From NCBI RefSeq assembly GCF_006345805.1, contig NC_042997.1, positions 58,714,001 through 58,778,000 of the forward strand: a DNA stretch of 64,000 bases, in the 5' to 3' direction. Both the position numbers and the translations under genes were made by a program. The notes beneath the pieces are model-generated. The model ran no database searches. It saw nothing but the letters and a program-made list of their open reading frames with translations, and had not been told where the DNA came from. The DNA comes from Octopus sinensis. Taxonomy: Eukaryota. How positions within the stretch are numbered: position 1 is the stretch's first letter; each line of letters begins with the position of its first letter. Below, in pieces: positions 1 to 12,161 of this stretch.

Positions 1-270
1 TGTGAACATTTTATCTTTCCTTCTTCCCTGACTAACAGAATATGTAAACATGCCTTTTATAGTAACAACACAATTAAATGCACGATAAAAATTTAAGGAA
101 GTAAACACCGATCAATATATACATACTGCACAGCTACAAAAACTGTAAACCACAGCGAAACTTTTAAAAAGAAAAGAAAAATTCCAAAGGAAAAAGAAAA
201 AGAAAAAGAAATTCAGAAATTCAAAAATTCAACAAGGTGAACATCTCTTCCTCCTGCTATTCCCAAGGCT

Positions 271-802
271 GAGGACGCCGTGATGGCGTCAGCCCTTCTG
301 GTGACGTTGATGATCGCCTGGGGCTAAATGCATCAGTAACACCCCCACCGCCCTGCCCTGTCCCTAGCCATATTCGGATGGCTAACGTCCCTTATGTTAT
401 GGAGCAGTTACTGTATATACCTCGCTTAGAGAATTATTATTGCTGTCGAACAGATTTTCTACATCAGTAAATGTATTTACTGTGAAAATCTTTATATAGA
501 TAGCCTGCACAGAGAGTCGTTCGTCGAGGGGCGGTGCCTGCCATACGTTGACGAGAGGCAAACACCTTGAAACCTGGGTCCGTATGTGGCATCCGCTTCT
601 TCGGGGAATGATCTCCTTTTGCAGGCTAGAGGACGCCGTGATGGCGTCAGCCCTTCTGGTGACGTTGATGATCGCCTGGGACTAAATGCATCAGTAACAC
701 CCCCACCGCCCTGCCCTGTCCCTAGCCATATTCGGATGGCTAACGTCCCTTATGTTATGGAGCAGTTACTGTATATACCTCGCTTAGAGAATTATTATTG
801 CT
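271..802 (+). repeat. Partial tandem duplication: 174-bp direct repeats at 271-444 and 629-802 (period 358 bp)
   Basis: Both copies run GAGGACGCCGTGATGGCGTC...GAGAATTATTATTGCT. One mismatch seen (CTGGGGCTAAAT vs CTGGGACTAAAT). Confidence 0.95.
542..586 (+). ncRNA. Type I hammerhead ribozyme-like fold (C3U variant)
   Basis: Stem I CATACG(542-547)/CGTATG(581-586); core TTGACGA 548-554; stem II GAGG/CCTT; GAAA 569-572; self-complementary stem III ACCTGGGT; GTC cleavage triplet 578-580. Confidence 0.7.
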
Positions 803-866
803 ATATATATATATGTAAGTATGTATATATATATGTATGCATATAGGCATATATTTATATATTATT

Positions 867-908
<42 letters not shown>

Positions 909-1102
909 GTATAGATGTATGTATGTACATAAACGTATGTATATATGCATACATACATACTTTTATTATATTATCATTTCACATCTATACTATCTAATAA
1001 GAAGGCAAGAAATCGTGTATAGTAAAATAGATTTATGCTTTCAGAATGTTGTATTTGCAATCCAGTCACGATTTCCCGCTCCAGCCATTTCATTCCACTT
1101 AC

Positions 1103-1114
1103 GCTACTAATGTT
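1103..1114 (-). CDS. Candidate 12-nt microexon (AACATTAGTAGC; NISS in frame 0)
   Basis: On the minus strand a ~55-nt pyrimidine-rich tract ends in TCCTCCAG, followed by 12 nt and then GTAAGT. No expression data. Confidence 0.3.
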
Positions 1115-1312
1115 CTGGAGGATAAGAATTAAAGAAACATAAGAGAAACAAATATATCTAAAAGAGAAACCTACTATCAATAGCTTTCGTTGTAGAAACC
1201 TTTCGTAACTCATTGCCCAGTAGTCTTGCTGTTGTTTTAATCATAGGCCATTGCAAACTGAGAAGACCTATGATCAAAGGATTTCATATCACGACTGTCC
1301 CTTATTCCAACA

Positions 1313-1438
1313 CCTCCTCCTCCTCCTCCTCCTCTTCTTCTTCTCTTCTTCTTCTTCTTCTTCTTCTTCTTCTTCTTCTTCTTCTTCTTCTTCTTCTTCT
1401 TCTCTTCTTCTTCTTCATCATCATCATCATCATCATCA
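1313..1438. repeat. Compound (CCT)n-(CTT)n-(CAT)n microsatellite
   Basis: Read directly from the sequence. Confidence 0.97.
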
Positions 1439-1544
1439 ATCGCTACAGCCAATAAAGAAAACATCCGGTATGACAATTATTTTACCTTAGCTAGTGCAAG
1501 AGGAGGGGCAATACCAACATGATACTAGCACTGCACGCGCGAGT

Positions 1545-1616
1545 GTGTGCGTGCGTGTGTGTGTGTCTCTCTGTGTGTATGTGTGCGTGTGTATGTGTGT
1601 GTGTGTGCGTGTGTGT

Positions 1617-1677
<61 letters not shown>
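1545..1677. repeat. (GT)n microsatellite
   Basis: Read directly from the sequence. Confidence 0.97.
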
Positions 1678-1678
<1 letters not shown>

Positions 1679-2035
1679 CACCTACCTCTAAGAATTCTAA
1701 ACGGAATGATTATAGCTTACCACTGTGAGCAGTTGCGGCGTTGTACAATCGACGAGCAATATGTTAACCCATAGTTTCTAGATCAGTTCCTTCTCAGAGA
1801 AAAGTTAGTTGCAATCTAATCTAGTAAAGAATTTACTTCATTCGTTTGACGAAACAAAAAAAAAGGGAGAACATCAACTATCTCATAAATTACAAAGGAA
1901 GATTGACTTAACGGACATAATAAAACTGATAACTCTGTAGAATGTAATCTATAGTATATAAAACTGGTGATTTTATAGTCAATAATACATCTAGTGAGTT
2001 TATAGTTTATTTGTTAATATATGACTATGAACTCA

Positions 2036-2190
2036 CGCTCTGAATTCACATTCCGCCGAGGTCGACTTCGCCTTTCATCCTTTCGGGGTCGATAAGATAA
2101 GTATTAGTTGAGTACTGGCGGTCGATGTAATCGACTTGACTCCCCCCCCCCCGAAATTGCTGGTCTTCTGGCAAAATTCATAATCAATAT
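2036..2190 (+). mobile_element. SINE family A, headless copy
   Basis: Body ...TTCCGCCGAGGTCGACTTCGCCTTTCATCCTTTCGGGGTCGATAA... is shared with about 10 other loci in the window. Confidence 0.85.
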
Positions 2191-2236
2191 ATCACTATGG
2201 CGAGTTGAAAGACTTGTTAGCACGCCGGGCAAAATG

Positions 2237-2490
2237 TGGTTTAGTGGTTAGGGTGTTGGACTCATGATTGTAAGATTGTGGTTTCGATTCTTGGACCAGG
2301 CAACGCGCTCTGTTCTTGAACAAAACACTTCATTTCACGTTGCTCCAGTCCACTCAGCTGGCAAAAATGAGTAATCCTGTGACGGACCGGCGTCCCGTTC
2401 AGGTAGGGAATATAAACGCCATGAAACCGGAAAACCAGCCTTTAAGAGTCGGTATGACACGAGAAGGTAACTTTACCTTTACCTTTATTG
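2237..2490 (+). mobile_element. tRNA-derived SINE family B, directly following a family A head
   Basis: A-box-like TGGTTTAGTGG and B-box-like GGTTTCGATTC; central CTTGAACAAAACACTTCATTTCACGTTGCTCCAGTCCACTCAGCTG; tail (TTTACC)n. Preceded by a family A head at ~2198-2236. Confidence 0.85.
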
Positions 2491-2498
2491 AACGGTTA

Positions 2499-3107
2499 GG
2501 CGGTGAGTTGGCAGAAATTTTAGCACGCCGGGCGAAATGCTTACCGGTATTTCGTCTGCCGTTAGGTTCTGAGTTCAAATTCTGCCGAGGTCGACTTTGC
2601 CTTTCATCCTTTCGGGGTCGATAAATTAAGTACCAGTTACGCACTGGGTCGATGTAATCGTCTTAATCCGTTTGTCTGTCCTTGTTTGTCCCCTCTGTGT
2701 TTAGCCCCTTGTGGGTAGTAAAGAAATAGGTATTTCGTCTGCCGCTACGTTCTGAGTTCAAATTCCGTCGAGGTTGACTTTGCCTTTCATCCTTTTGGGG
2801 TCGATAAAATAAGTACCAGTTATGCACTGGGGTCGATGTAATCGACTTAATCCCTTTGTCTGTCCTTGTTTGTCCCCTTTATTTTTAGCCCCTTCTGAGC
2901 AATAAAGAAATAAGAAATGTTAGCATGCCAGGAAAATGCTTTTTACGTCCGTCTTCACGTTCTAAGTTCAAATTCCGCCGAGGTCGACTTTACCTTTCAT
3001 CCATTTGGAGTCGATAAAATAAGTACTTTTGAATATTGGGCTAGATGTAATAGACTTACCACATCCTACAGATTTGCTGGTCTTGTGCCAAAATTCGAAA
3101 CCAATAT
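2499..3107 (+). mobile_element. SINE family A multimer (head plus three body units, period ~183 bp)
   Basis: Head GGCGGTGAGTTGGCAGAA...TTAGCACGCCGGGCGAAATGC. Body with B-box GAGTTCAAATT repeats at ~2548, ~2730 and ~2940. Confidence 0.9.
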
Positions 3108-3699
3108 ATGACTAAATGTTCCAAGGTGTAGACTACAGTTTTGCTCTTATAAGTAACTGAAATCTTGCATGGAGGCACACCATTGAAAGGAAAATATTAT
3201 GGGCTGTACTGGCTGTTGCTGAAATTTGATATTTTATTTTATTGTTTAGCTACTGACAGAAAGCAACCTAAACTAAGAATACCCACGAGCATTGTAATAC
3301 ATTTTAGAAAAATTACTAAATAGGATAAGATATTTATTTAAAGCAAAAGCATTTTCTTCGATTTTTTTTAGTTGTGAGAGAAAGATTTAATTTTAGGTTC
3401 TATATTTGTTTGAACGGATATTGTGTGTGTGTGTGTGTGTGTGCGCGCGCGCGCGCGTGTTTTTCTGCGCATTCTTATGAAACTCAACTCATCTGTTGAA
3501 TTGCTCAACTATAACAATTTTGACTGAATTAACATTACCGTTAGCAATGTTGTATTTTAGATATTAATAAACCCAGATATAGCTATAGTCTATAAGTTTA
3601 TAATCTATGATGAATATAGTAATTCCACAGTCTACATTGTATACTTATGGTAATTCTATAATCAATAGTAATACAGTTAGGCAGTCTATTGAAGAAAGC

Positions 3700-5230
3700 T
3701 ATAGTTCATATGGAGAGCTGGTTCGGGCCCTGTCATATAAAGCAGGATCGCTACAACGTGCAGCGACATTTGTTCGGTAGCCAAATTAAATAACAGCCTG
3801 TCGGATTCGTTTCGTTTCGTACTTTTGATTCATCAAGAATAACCTATCTCATCTCTTTTGCATGTCTTAGTACTTGAACCTCTCATACGAATGTTGGAGA
3901 CATTAAAGAGCATCTCGTGCGAACTGGAACACATGCCAGCTGTGTCTACATATTCGGAACGATGACGCCCTTCTAGTGTTGGACACATTCTAATTCGAAA
4001 GAATACCATAAGATTGCAGGAAAATGCATTGCATCATTTTGAAACGAAAGTTCATGTGGGACAGCGGCTTTTGTTGCTGGCTCAAAAGTCCAGTTAAGGT
4101 GATTAGGATCTTTTTCGGACTAGGCTTCCAGGTGGTTAAAAAGTGCGAAGAGCTGGCGTGCATGGTTGTTAGTTTCACCTGGAAATTGACTAAGAGGAGG
4201 TTGTGCCTGAAAGGTCAGGCGAAAGTAGCTGGTGTCTATACCCTTCAGTAACTTACTACTGTCTGATCCCTGTGTCTTGTACCAGTAAACATCTAACTAT
4301 ATTAGGGTGTGTGCTCTTTCGTTTCTTATGGAAGGGACAGACTCAGCTTATCAGGAAATCTATTGATTGCTCACTACAAGAGGTCTCAGGATAGTGTGGC
4401 TGATGACACACGCACAGGCTACGGTCCAAATTTCTGCAGTGATCCTGGAGTACAATGCTAGTGAACAGGTTTGTAAACGTTCATACGACACGCTTTTTTG
4501 CAGCTTGTCTTTTTGACAAGCTTGTAGTCCCGAGTCAAGCGCAGACTGAAGTTCAGCTTTTGGCAACTGAAATTTTGCCGAGTGCTCGCTGCACCCTACC
4601 AGCTGGACCATGTTGTCGGTGGAAAGCCAACTTTCGCAATCTAGAGAGGATTACTAGATGATATGACTGTTCGACACGCACTTGTCCAGTATGAGTACAT
4701 TGCTGACTTGAGGATTTATGGCGAAAAGCTGATATTACGTATGGCAGAAATCTGAGTATCATCCAAGCGTATTGTGAAAATAGAACATTCACTTTCTTTT
4801 AGTAAGAAAGAGTGGATCGTCTAGCTGATGGTTATGGCAAAGTTGCATCGCAGATGTGACTGAAAGGTTTGGAAATAAAGCTTTTCCTCTAAGGACGCCC
4901 TTGTCAGTTTCAGCTATCACTTCAGAATGAAGGTGGAGGTAGAGAAGGAGGTGTTACTCTTCTGTAAGTTTATAACATATGGGCGAGAGTATCGAAATTA
5001 GCTTAGCTAAATTGACCGCACATTAGGTATGCAGTTATATGTTGGCAACAAGAAGACACTTTGCCTGTGGGGTTTTTGTCAGGTTAAGCTAGGGTTGTGT
5101 GCGCGGTGCCCCGAATCTTATATGTAATTGTTCCTAAATTTTTGGGTCCTCTTCTTGTTCGTATTTTTGTTTTTTGCTGTCACTGATATTTATTAATATC
5201 TGTTCATTAATATGTCTTTAGTGTTACTGG
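3700..5230 (+). mobile_element. Degenerate, internally deleted L1/Tx1-clade LINE ORF2 plus 3' UTR
   Basis: Interrupted translation gives SSLLHVLVLEPLIRMLE (LSPLLY..ALEPL-like), VLFRFLWKGQ and TVRHALVQ..IADL. Homologous to the copy at 48.4-52.3 kb. Confidence 0.75.
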
Positions 5231-5609
5231 ATCTAAATTCCAAACTGCTGCTTGTTGCTTTCTCAAGTATTTTACTTTGGTATTGTCTCCAACATCTTGG
5301 GGCCTTGTGCCGGGAATGGTATTTACCAAGAGATCTTTTGTTGTCTAAAGAAATAATTCTATATTATAAATGCTAGATTAATTTGTAGTTGTTTAACCTC
5401 AAATCATCTTTGGCCGTGCAGATCCATAATCAAAGACTTTTCAACAGTGATTGTCATGTCTTTTTTCTATGCGTAAGGAAGACAGGATCACATTGTCCAA
5501 TATTCTCTTCTTTACGACGATAGGATGTTATTTGTGGGAGATTCGATTACTGCTTCTAGCGTGTTTAACGACCTCGTAATTGCTCCCACGCTGGCTGGTG
5601 ATCGTTATA

Positions 5610-5676
<67 letters not shown>

Positions 5677-5959
5677 GTTTAACAGGGAGTTGTCTAATAA
5701 ACACCAATGAAATCTATTTTCTGCATCCAATGTGATACTTGATACTGTAATATTTTTTATGTATATTATACTAAATGGCCCGACTTGACTGTCTACACCG
5801 GTTGGGGCGGGGTGGTAACAGTGGTGGTTATAATGAGGAATATAGTGGTGGTGGTGGTGGTTATAACGATGCTGGAGAATATGAATATTAAAGCTGTAAT
5901 CGTGAAAAAGTTAGCCGAGATGGAGAACTGGAAGTCATCGGAAAATTGGAGAAAGAGTT

Positions 5960-6235
5960 ACCTATTTCATGATATTTCGCACCAGATATCAAAATACCCA
6001 GACCACCATGACTGCTGCTCAATGCTCTGTGAACATTGTAAAGGCTGTAAGACGTAGTATGGACAGCTGCAACGGAGACTATGAAACCGTGTCCAACAGG
6101 AAGGGACACAACAAGCATTCTGACAACGTCCGCATGCCAGAATATATCTCCGCATCCATGAACAGGGCCTTAGGCTCAATTCAGACGGCTATGTGAAGCT
6201 ACTGGAAACTGTGGTGAATCCCTGGCGACTACAGC
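5960..6235 (+). mobile_element. Tc1/mariner (maT/DD37D-like) transposase relic
   Basis: RKGHNKHSDNVRMPEY resembles the N-terminal RK.H.RRSD.VRTPEF motif. After a deletion/frame change: EQGLRLNSDGYVKLLETVVNPW at ~6158-6225. Confidence 0.6.
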
Positions 6236-6739
6236 GTGGAAAACATAAGTTTGCAATTCAGAAACACAGAAAGACTGTCAACTTCACTTAATAATGTCAA
6301 AAAGAAACATATTCTGCAGCAGAATCATTTTGTCAGTGAACAGGTCACAGTTCTATAGGAAATAACATGTTTAAAGGTAGCGAGCCCAAAAAAGTTTTTG
6401 TATCAATTAACATTAAACCCGAGATACAGAGACAAATTCTTAGTGATGATTATTATCAAAAAAGGAAGGGAGATAAGTGCGAAATTTAAAATGATTAAGA
6501 ACTGACTGAGGGTATACAATGTGAAGCGAATCTAATTCTTGCTATATAATGTTTAATAAACTTCCATCTCAGTGTATGTATTATTTATTTCATTTCTCAT
6601 TCATTCTCTGTTTGGTATCTGCATACATCCAGCAGACATACATACACATAACTAAGTAGATACATACATAAATATATATTAAAATATATACATACACAAA
6701 AATAAACATATGTATATATGTATGTATGTATATATATAT

Positions 6740-7046
6740 CATGGCTCGGCTTCGTGAACGAAGATCAGGAAGGTTGTCCACGTCGCATGCATGCACGCTC
6801 ATGACTGACAAGTCCGATATGGGAAAGGCAGGTCTGTGAGCAGTGTCCACAGACGAAGGTAACATCCGGTGTGGTGTCAGAGGCGGCTCGCGCCTTCCTG
6901 CTGCGCCTCTTGTCTTTAAGTGCGTCTCTTCTTTGTTCCTCAAACTTGCTGAGTGCGTTGAAGATTGTGTGGCGCCAGACATCACGGTCCGCAGCCAGGT
7001 CTGACTAGCACTGGTGGTTAATTTGACATGTTGTTAGAGACTTCTT
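6740..7046 (-). mobile_element. RTE-clade LINE 3' end (C-terminus plus 3' UTR)
   Basis: Minus frame 7046-6765: KKSLTTCQINHQC*SDLAADRDVWRHTIF...VTFVCGHCSQTCLSHIGLVSHERACMRRGQPS*. Followed by 3' UTR TCTTCGTTCACGAAGCCGAGCCATG. One premature stop (TGG>TAG). Confidence 0.88.
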
Positions 7047-7075
7047 GTTGGAGACTTCTTCATACATATATATAT

Positions 7076-7746
7076 ATAGTGTAATAAATAAAATATATGC
7101 ACACATACAAACATATATGTACGTACCGACATCTACATGTATATATACATGCATATATAAATATATATACGTACAGGACACCACAAAAAGACGTAGAACT
7201 CAACAGAAACGAAAACGGAAAAGCCATTTTGTTACAACAGAAAGACAGAGACGTGGAACAGGACGAGAACGAAAACGGGAAAAACATTATTTACAACAGA
7301 AAAACAAGGTACAGGACATGCTACACAAGGAAAAATCCCCTTCATCAGCTGTCACTAGTAGACTTAGCGTGTTTCGAAGGCAAGACAGGACACGACTCGT
7401 CAATACTAGGCCTTTCTGCGAGAGAATTAAAATAAAATAACCTCGCAGAGGGGTAAAACAAGCACGAAAAAAATGTAACACAAACGGGACGTAACAATAG
7501 AACTGCACAATAAAATACAAGATAAAAATAAAAATACAAGATAAAAATACATGTACAAGAAAATACAAAACGAGAAATAAAATACAATACGAGAAATCAA
7601 AATAAACAAGAAAACAAACGAAAAAAACAAACGAAAGGCCTTTGTTCTGGCTGGGACGGAAGAGGTGCTGGCAAGCGCATGGAAACATGACCTTACGGCC
7701 TGAAAGCAACGTGCAAAAGGATTAGCAGTGACGAAAGTGAGGAGGA

Positions 7747-7787
<41 letters not shown>

Positions 7788-8152
7788 GAAGACACGCGGC
7801 TGAGAGAGAGATGAGGAAGAGGGAGAGAGAGAGGGGAAGGTAAAGCAAAGGGAGAGAATTTCGCGTCATAATTATATTATAAAACAATACTGGGAGGATG
7901 AGAAACGGAACGAAGCGAAGACTCGAACGAACCCGACGCGAAGCGCTGTCAGACAATAGTGTAATAAATAAAATATATGCAGACATACAAACATATATGT
8001 ACGTACCGACATCTACATGTATATATACATGCATATATAAATATATATACGTACAGGACACCACAAAAAGACGTAGAACTCAACAGAAACGAAAACGGAA
8101 AAGCCATTTTGTTACAACAGAAAGACAGAGACGTGGAACAGGACGAGAACGA
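7076..8152 (-). mobile_element. Non-coding element with 197-bp direct repeats (7076-7272 and 7956-8152)
   Basis: Near-identical repeats (one mismatch seen, GCACACAT/GCAGACAT), period 880 bp. The TA-rich block GTCCTGTAC..TAGATGT..GTACATATATG resembles the 26.9-28.1 kb unit. Confidence 0.8.
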
Positions 8153-8154
8153 GA

Positions 8155-8402
8155 ATAGAACATTTATGATGAATTACTGTGGAACTTACATCTCTTTTAC
8201 TCTGATTATGAATTCTTATTTGTACCTATCTTCATAGGTGCATCAGGATATGTACCCAAAAATGGTCAAATTCGGTCAAAAACCTAGAAACACTCGGTTT
8301 CATGGAAAAAGAGCAAAAGAAAGTGACACCGATTCTCTAAATCCAATCTATTAGTGGTAGAGTGAAAATTTGCAAGACACTCCAAAAATTCTCCATCTGA
8401 GA
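8155..8402 (+). mobile_element. RLE-type LINE C-terminal fragment (family 2)
   Basis: IYDELLWNL..YEFLFVPIFIGASGYVPK..NLETLGFMEKEQKKV..IQSISGRVKICKTLQKFSI*. Confidence 0.65.
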
Positions 8403-8589
8403 TTCTTATGTGAATAGATGCACACACTTGAGTGTACGCATCGACAATTCAACCGAAAATCTGCACATGCACATACATACATACAAAAATACCCTGTTGA
8501 TGCTGCTGAAATTCCAATGCAGGAGCCTTGGATCTACGATAGAAACCGGCTCTTTCTCTTTTGGCAAGAAATCTTAATAGAAAACTGAA

Positions 8590-8654
<65 letters not shown>

Positions 8655-9038
8655 TACATACATACATACATACATACATACATACATACATACATACATG
8701 CATACATACACGAATAAAACCAAGTTTAATCGAAGTGAATTCTGCGCCAAAATGCTGAAAGCAACGTTTAGTCATGTATTTACAGAATATTCTGCTGTTA
8801 CATTGCAACTACTGATTATTTCGACAAGTAATATATGTTAGAAACATTATCCGAAAGGGTATGTGAAGGCCAAACAAGCGGTTGTTTCATGCCACAACAG
8901 AATACGTATGTGTAGGGTGTGTGAGTGTGTAGACAGGTATTACCATATGTGCATGTGTGTGTATGTATGTGTGTGCATATATATATATATATATATATCC
9001 ATACACACAGACACCTACATATATACACAGATATATAT

Positions 9039-9075
<37 letters not shown>

Positions 9076-9323
9076 CAAGTGTTCGTCTATACATGTCTAT
9101 GTATGTGCGTATGTATGTGTATTTATTAATTGTTCATTACTGTACATTTTTAACAGTATGAATTTTCGAATGATTTACCAAAATTTATTTATATGTTACC
9201 AACTTTAAATTTGGTGGAATTCTGCGTGTAACAAGGGGAAATTTGTACATTATATTTACATTCGACGGATATTTGTCCTCATCTTGTTTGTTGTTAATAC
9301 AACGTTTCGGCTGATATACCACG

Positions 9324-10001
<678 letters not shown>

Positions 10002-10134
10002 CCATCAGAGCATTACAACAAATCACAGCACATACCCAAGGCACACAGAGCTGCGCTCGGTAGTGAAGTGAAAGCACGCAAAAAAAATAAAACTACTGAA
10101 TAATGATAATAATAATAATACAACAGCAACAACA

Positions 10135-10205
<71 letters not shown>

Positions 10206-10241
10206 CTTAGGAATGAGAACCTAGGTTCGAAATTCCCCCAA

Positions 10242-10287
10242 GACACCTGATGAAGGCTGGAGGGTGTATCACCCGAAATGTTGTATT
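10242..10287 (+). ncRNA. Type I hammerhead ribozyme, partly decayed copy
   Basis: GACAC-CTGATGA-A-GGCTG...CACCC-GAAAT-GTT-GTATT. The inverted copy at 9296-9320 preserves CAGCC-GAAAC-GTT, which restores stem II and the palindromic stem III AACGTT. Confidence 0.7.
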
Positions 10288-10599
10288 AGCAAGAAACAAT
10301 ATGCACACACAGTCGAATGTAAATAATGTAAAGAAAGTCCATAATTCCTCATCTCTTAAATATAGAATTGTAAGTGGAAATTTCTACTGGAAGTTGTACA
10401 TTAACGGACGATTAACCAAAGAAACTATATTGCTTGATAGATATTCACACAACAACAGTATTCAGTCCTGTCTGTTTTTTTTTTTTTTATTACGATGTTA
10501 CACACTGATAAATATTGTGTGTGGGAGAGATCCCCTATCCTCCTCATTTAGAGTTAATTTCAGCACCCACCAAGCGATTGTTCTGCTTTTTATGGAAGC

Positions 10600-11232
10600 G
10601 GAGATACTTTCAAGAAATGAAAAATATTTCTTCTATAGAATTTGATACACTTATTGCGGATAATATCACCTACTTCGTACTCAGTTGTCCAAAAATGTTT
10701 CCTTGGTACAAACTTTCCATGTAATACAACATTGTTACTGTTTACAATGCTATGTGCAAGGTTTTTTTTTAATTCTTTTCTGATGGCCATACGAAAGGCC
10801 CACAGAAGCCAGCTTATATCTGCCTTTAGAAATAAAGAAAATTGGTGTAACATTCCAATAAAAATGGCCACCCCATGTAAACACAATAGGCCAGATATGT
10901 TTCTATGTGACAGGGAGCGCAAATCATGTCCTGCTGTCAGCAACAACTGTGTGATGAATGTGGATGTCTTGTCACAAATTGGGCATGGAAAAGTAATGAA
11001 AAATAAACTTCATATCAAGGGTATAAATTTTTCTTTGTACCTATTATCATAGGTGCACTTGGCTTATTAACAGTAATTTTACATTTTAAAAAGCTTAGGA
11101 ATTCTGAGATTCTCCAAGAAAGAACAGAGCAAACTGATTCGCAACCTTCAAATACAATCGATTAGAGGTACAGTGAAAATTTGGAAAAACATTTCGGGAA
11201 TTCTCTATTTGAGGTGCCTGGATTGAGCATAC
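10600..11232 (+). mobile_element. RLE-type LINE fragment (family 2)
   Basis: NITYFVLSCPKM; WCNIPIKMATPCKHNRPDMFLCD; then FVPIIIGALG...KLIRNLQIQSIRGTVKIWKTF. Confidence 0.7.
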
Positions 11233-11502
11233 GCACACATCCACATATTCATATGGGATGCGCATACATAAACGGTAATGAAGTACACGCTTGTGTATAC
11301 ACCCACAATACGAGAACACGTTTATCCACACACCGACCTTCATATATGTTCGTTCTAGTTCATAAGCTCAAAAGCACCAAGAGCTGTGCTAACTTGAACA
11401 TATGAACCTTGTAAATTCGTTAGTGACCAGCTTAAATTCTATGAAGGATACAATTTAAGCCCCAAAGAAACATGTGTGTGTGCGTGTGCGCGCGTGTATG
11501 TA

Positions 11503-11503
11503 T

Positions 11504-11598
<95 letters not shown>
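11503..11598. repeat. (GATA)n; similar tracts at 12068-12159, 23640-23795, 53494-53635 and 59535-59620
   Basis: Read directly from the sequence. Confidence 0.97.
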
Positions 11599-11925
11599 TG
11601 TTTCTTTATTAGCCACACAGGGCTGCACACAGACAGAACAACTTACAAGGTAGAGCTTTTCTTTTGGGGGTAAAGAAAAGGGGGTTGGTTTTCGATCAAA
11701 AGGGATCGTAAAAGGAAAGAAAGAGGACAAAAAAAGGGAAGGAGAGAGAAAAAGAAAAAAAAAAGAAAAGGGGAGAGGAAAAAAAAGTTAATCAATAGGG
11801 ATCGTAATCACAGAAATGTCAATATGAAGTGTAAAGGGGAGGACAGGTGAGGTTTACCCGTGGAAGGAAAAGCCTACGGAAAAGACCACGGTAACCTCGG
11901 TCAATGAAGTCACATGTTATATTTC
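11598..11925 (-). mobile_element. Probable LINE 3' UTR ending AATAAAGAAACAT and running into (ATCT)n
   Basis: The minus strand is pyrimidine-rich and ends TGTGTGCAGCCCTGTGTGGCTAATAAAGAAACAT-(ATCT)n. No coding part is present, so the Tx1-type assignment is inference. Confidence 0.45.
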
Positions 11926-12067
11926 TTTTTTTTTTTTTGCAAATAAGCAACTCTCTGTATTAATTTTTACGGTTCATAGAATCATAGTCAAGGTGCCTTC
12001 GTCATTCATACGTGCCATCCTTGCTACATTCACCCATCTTTTTTTAAAACATTCACTAGACAAAACT

Positions 12068-12161
<94 letters not shown>

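Noticed and set aside
2499-3107. CRISPR-like or satellite array
   Set aside because: The units are SINE bodies with a B box, there are no unique spacers, and the context is eukaryotic.
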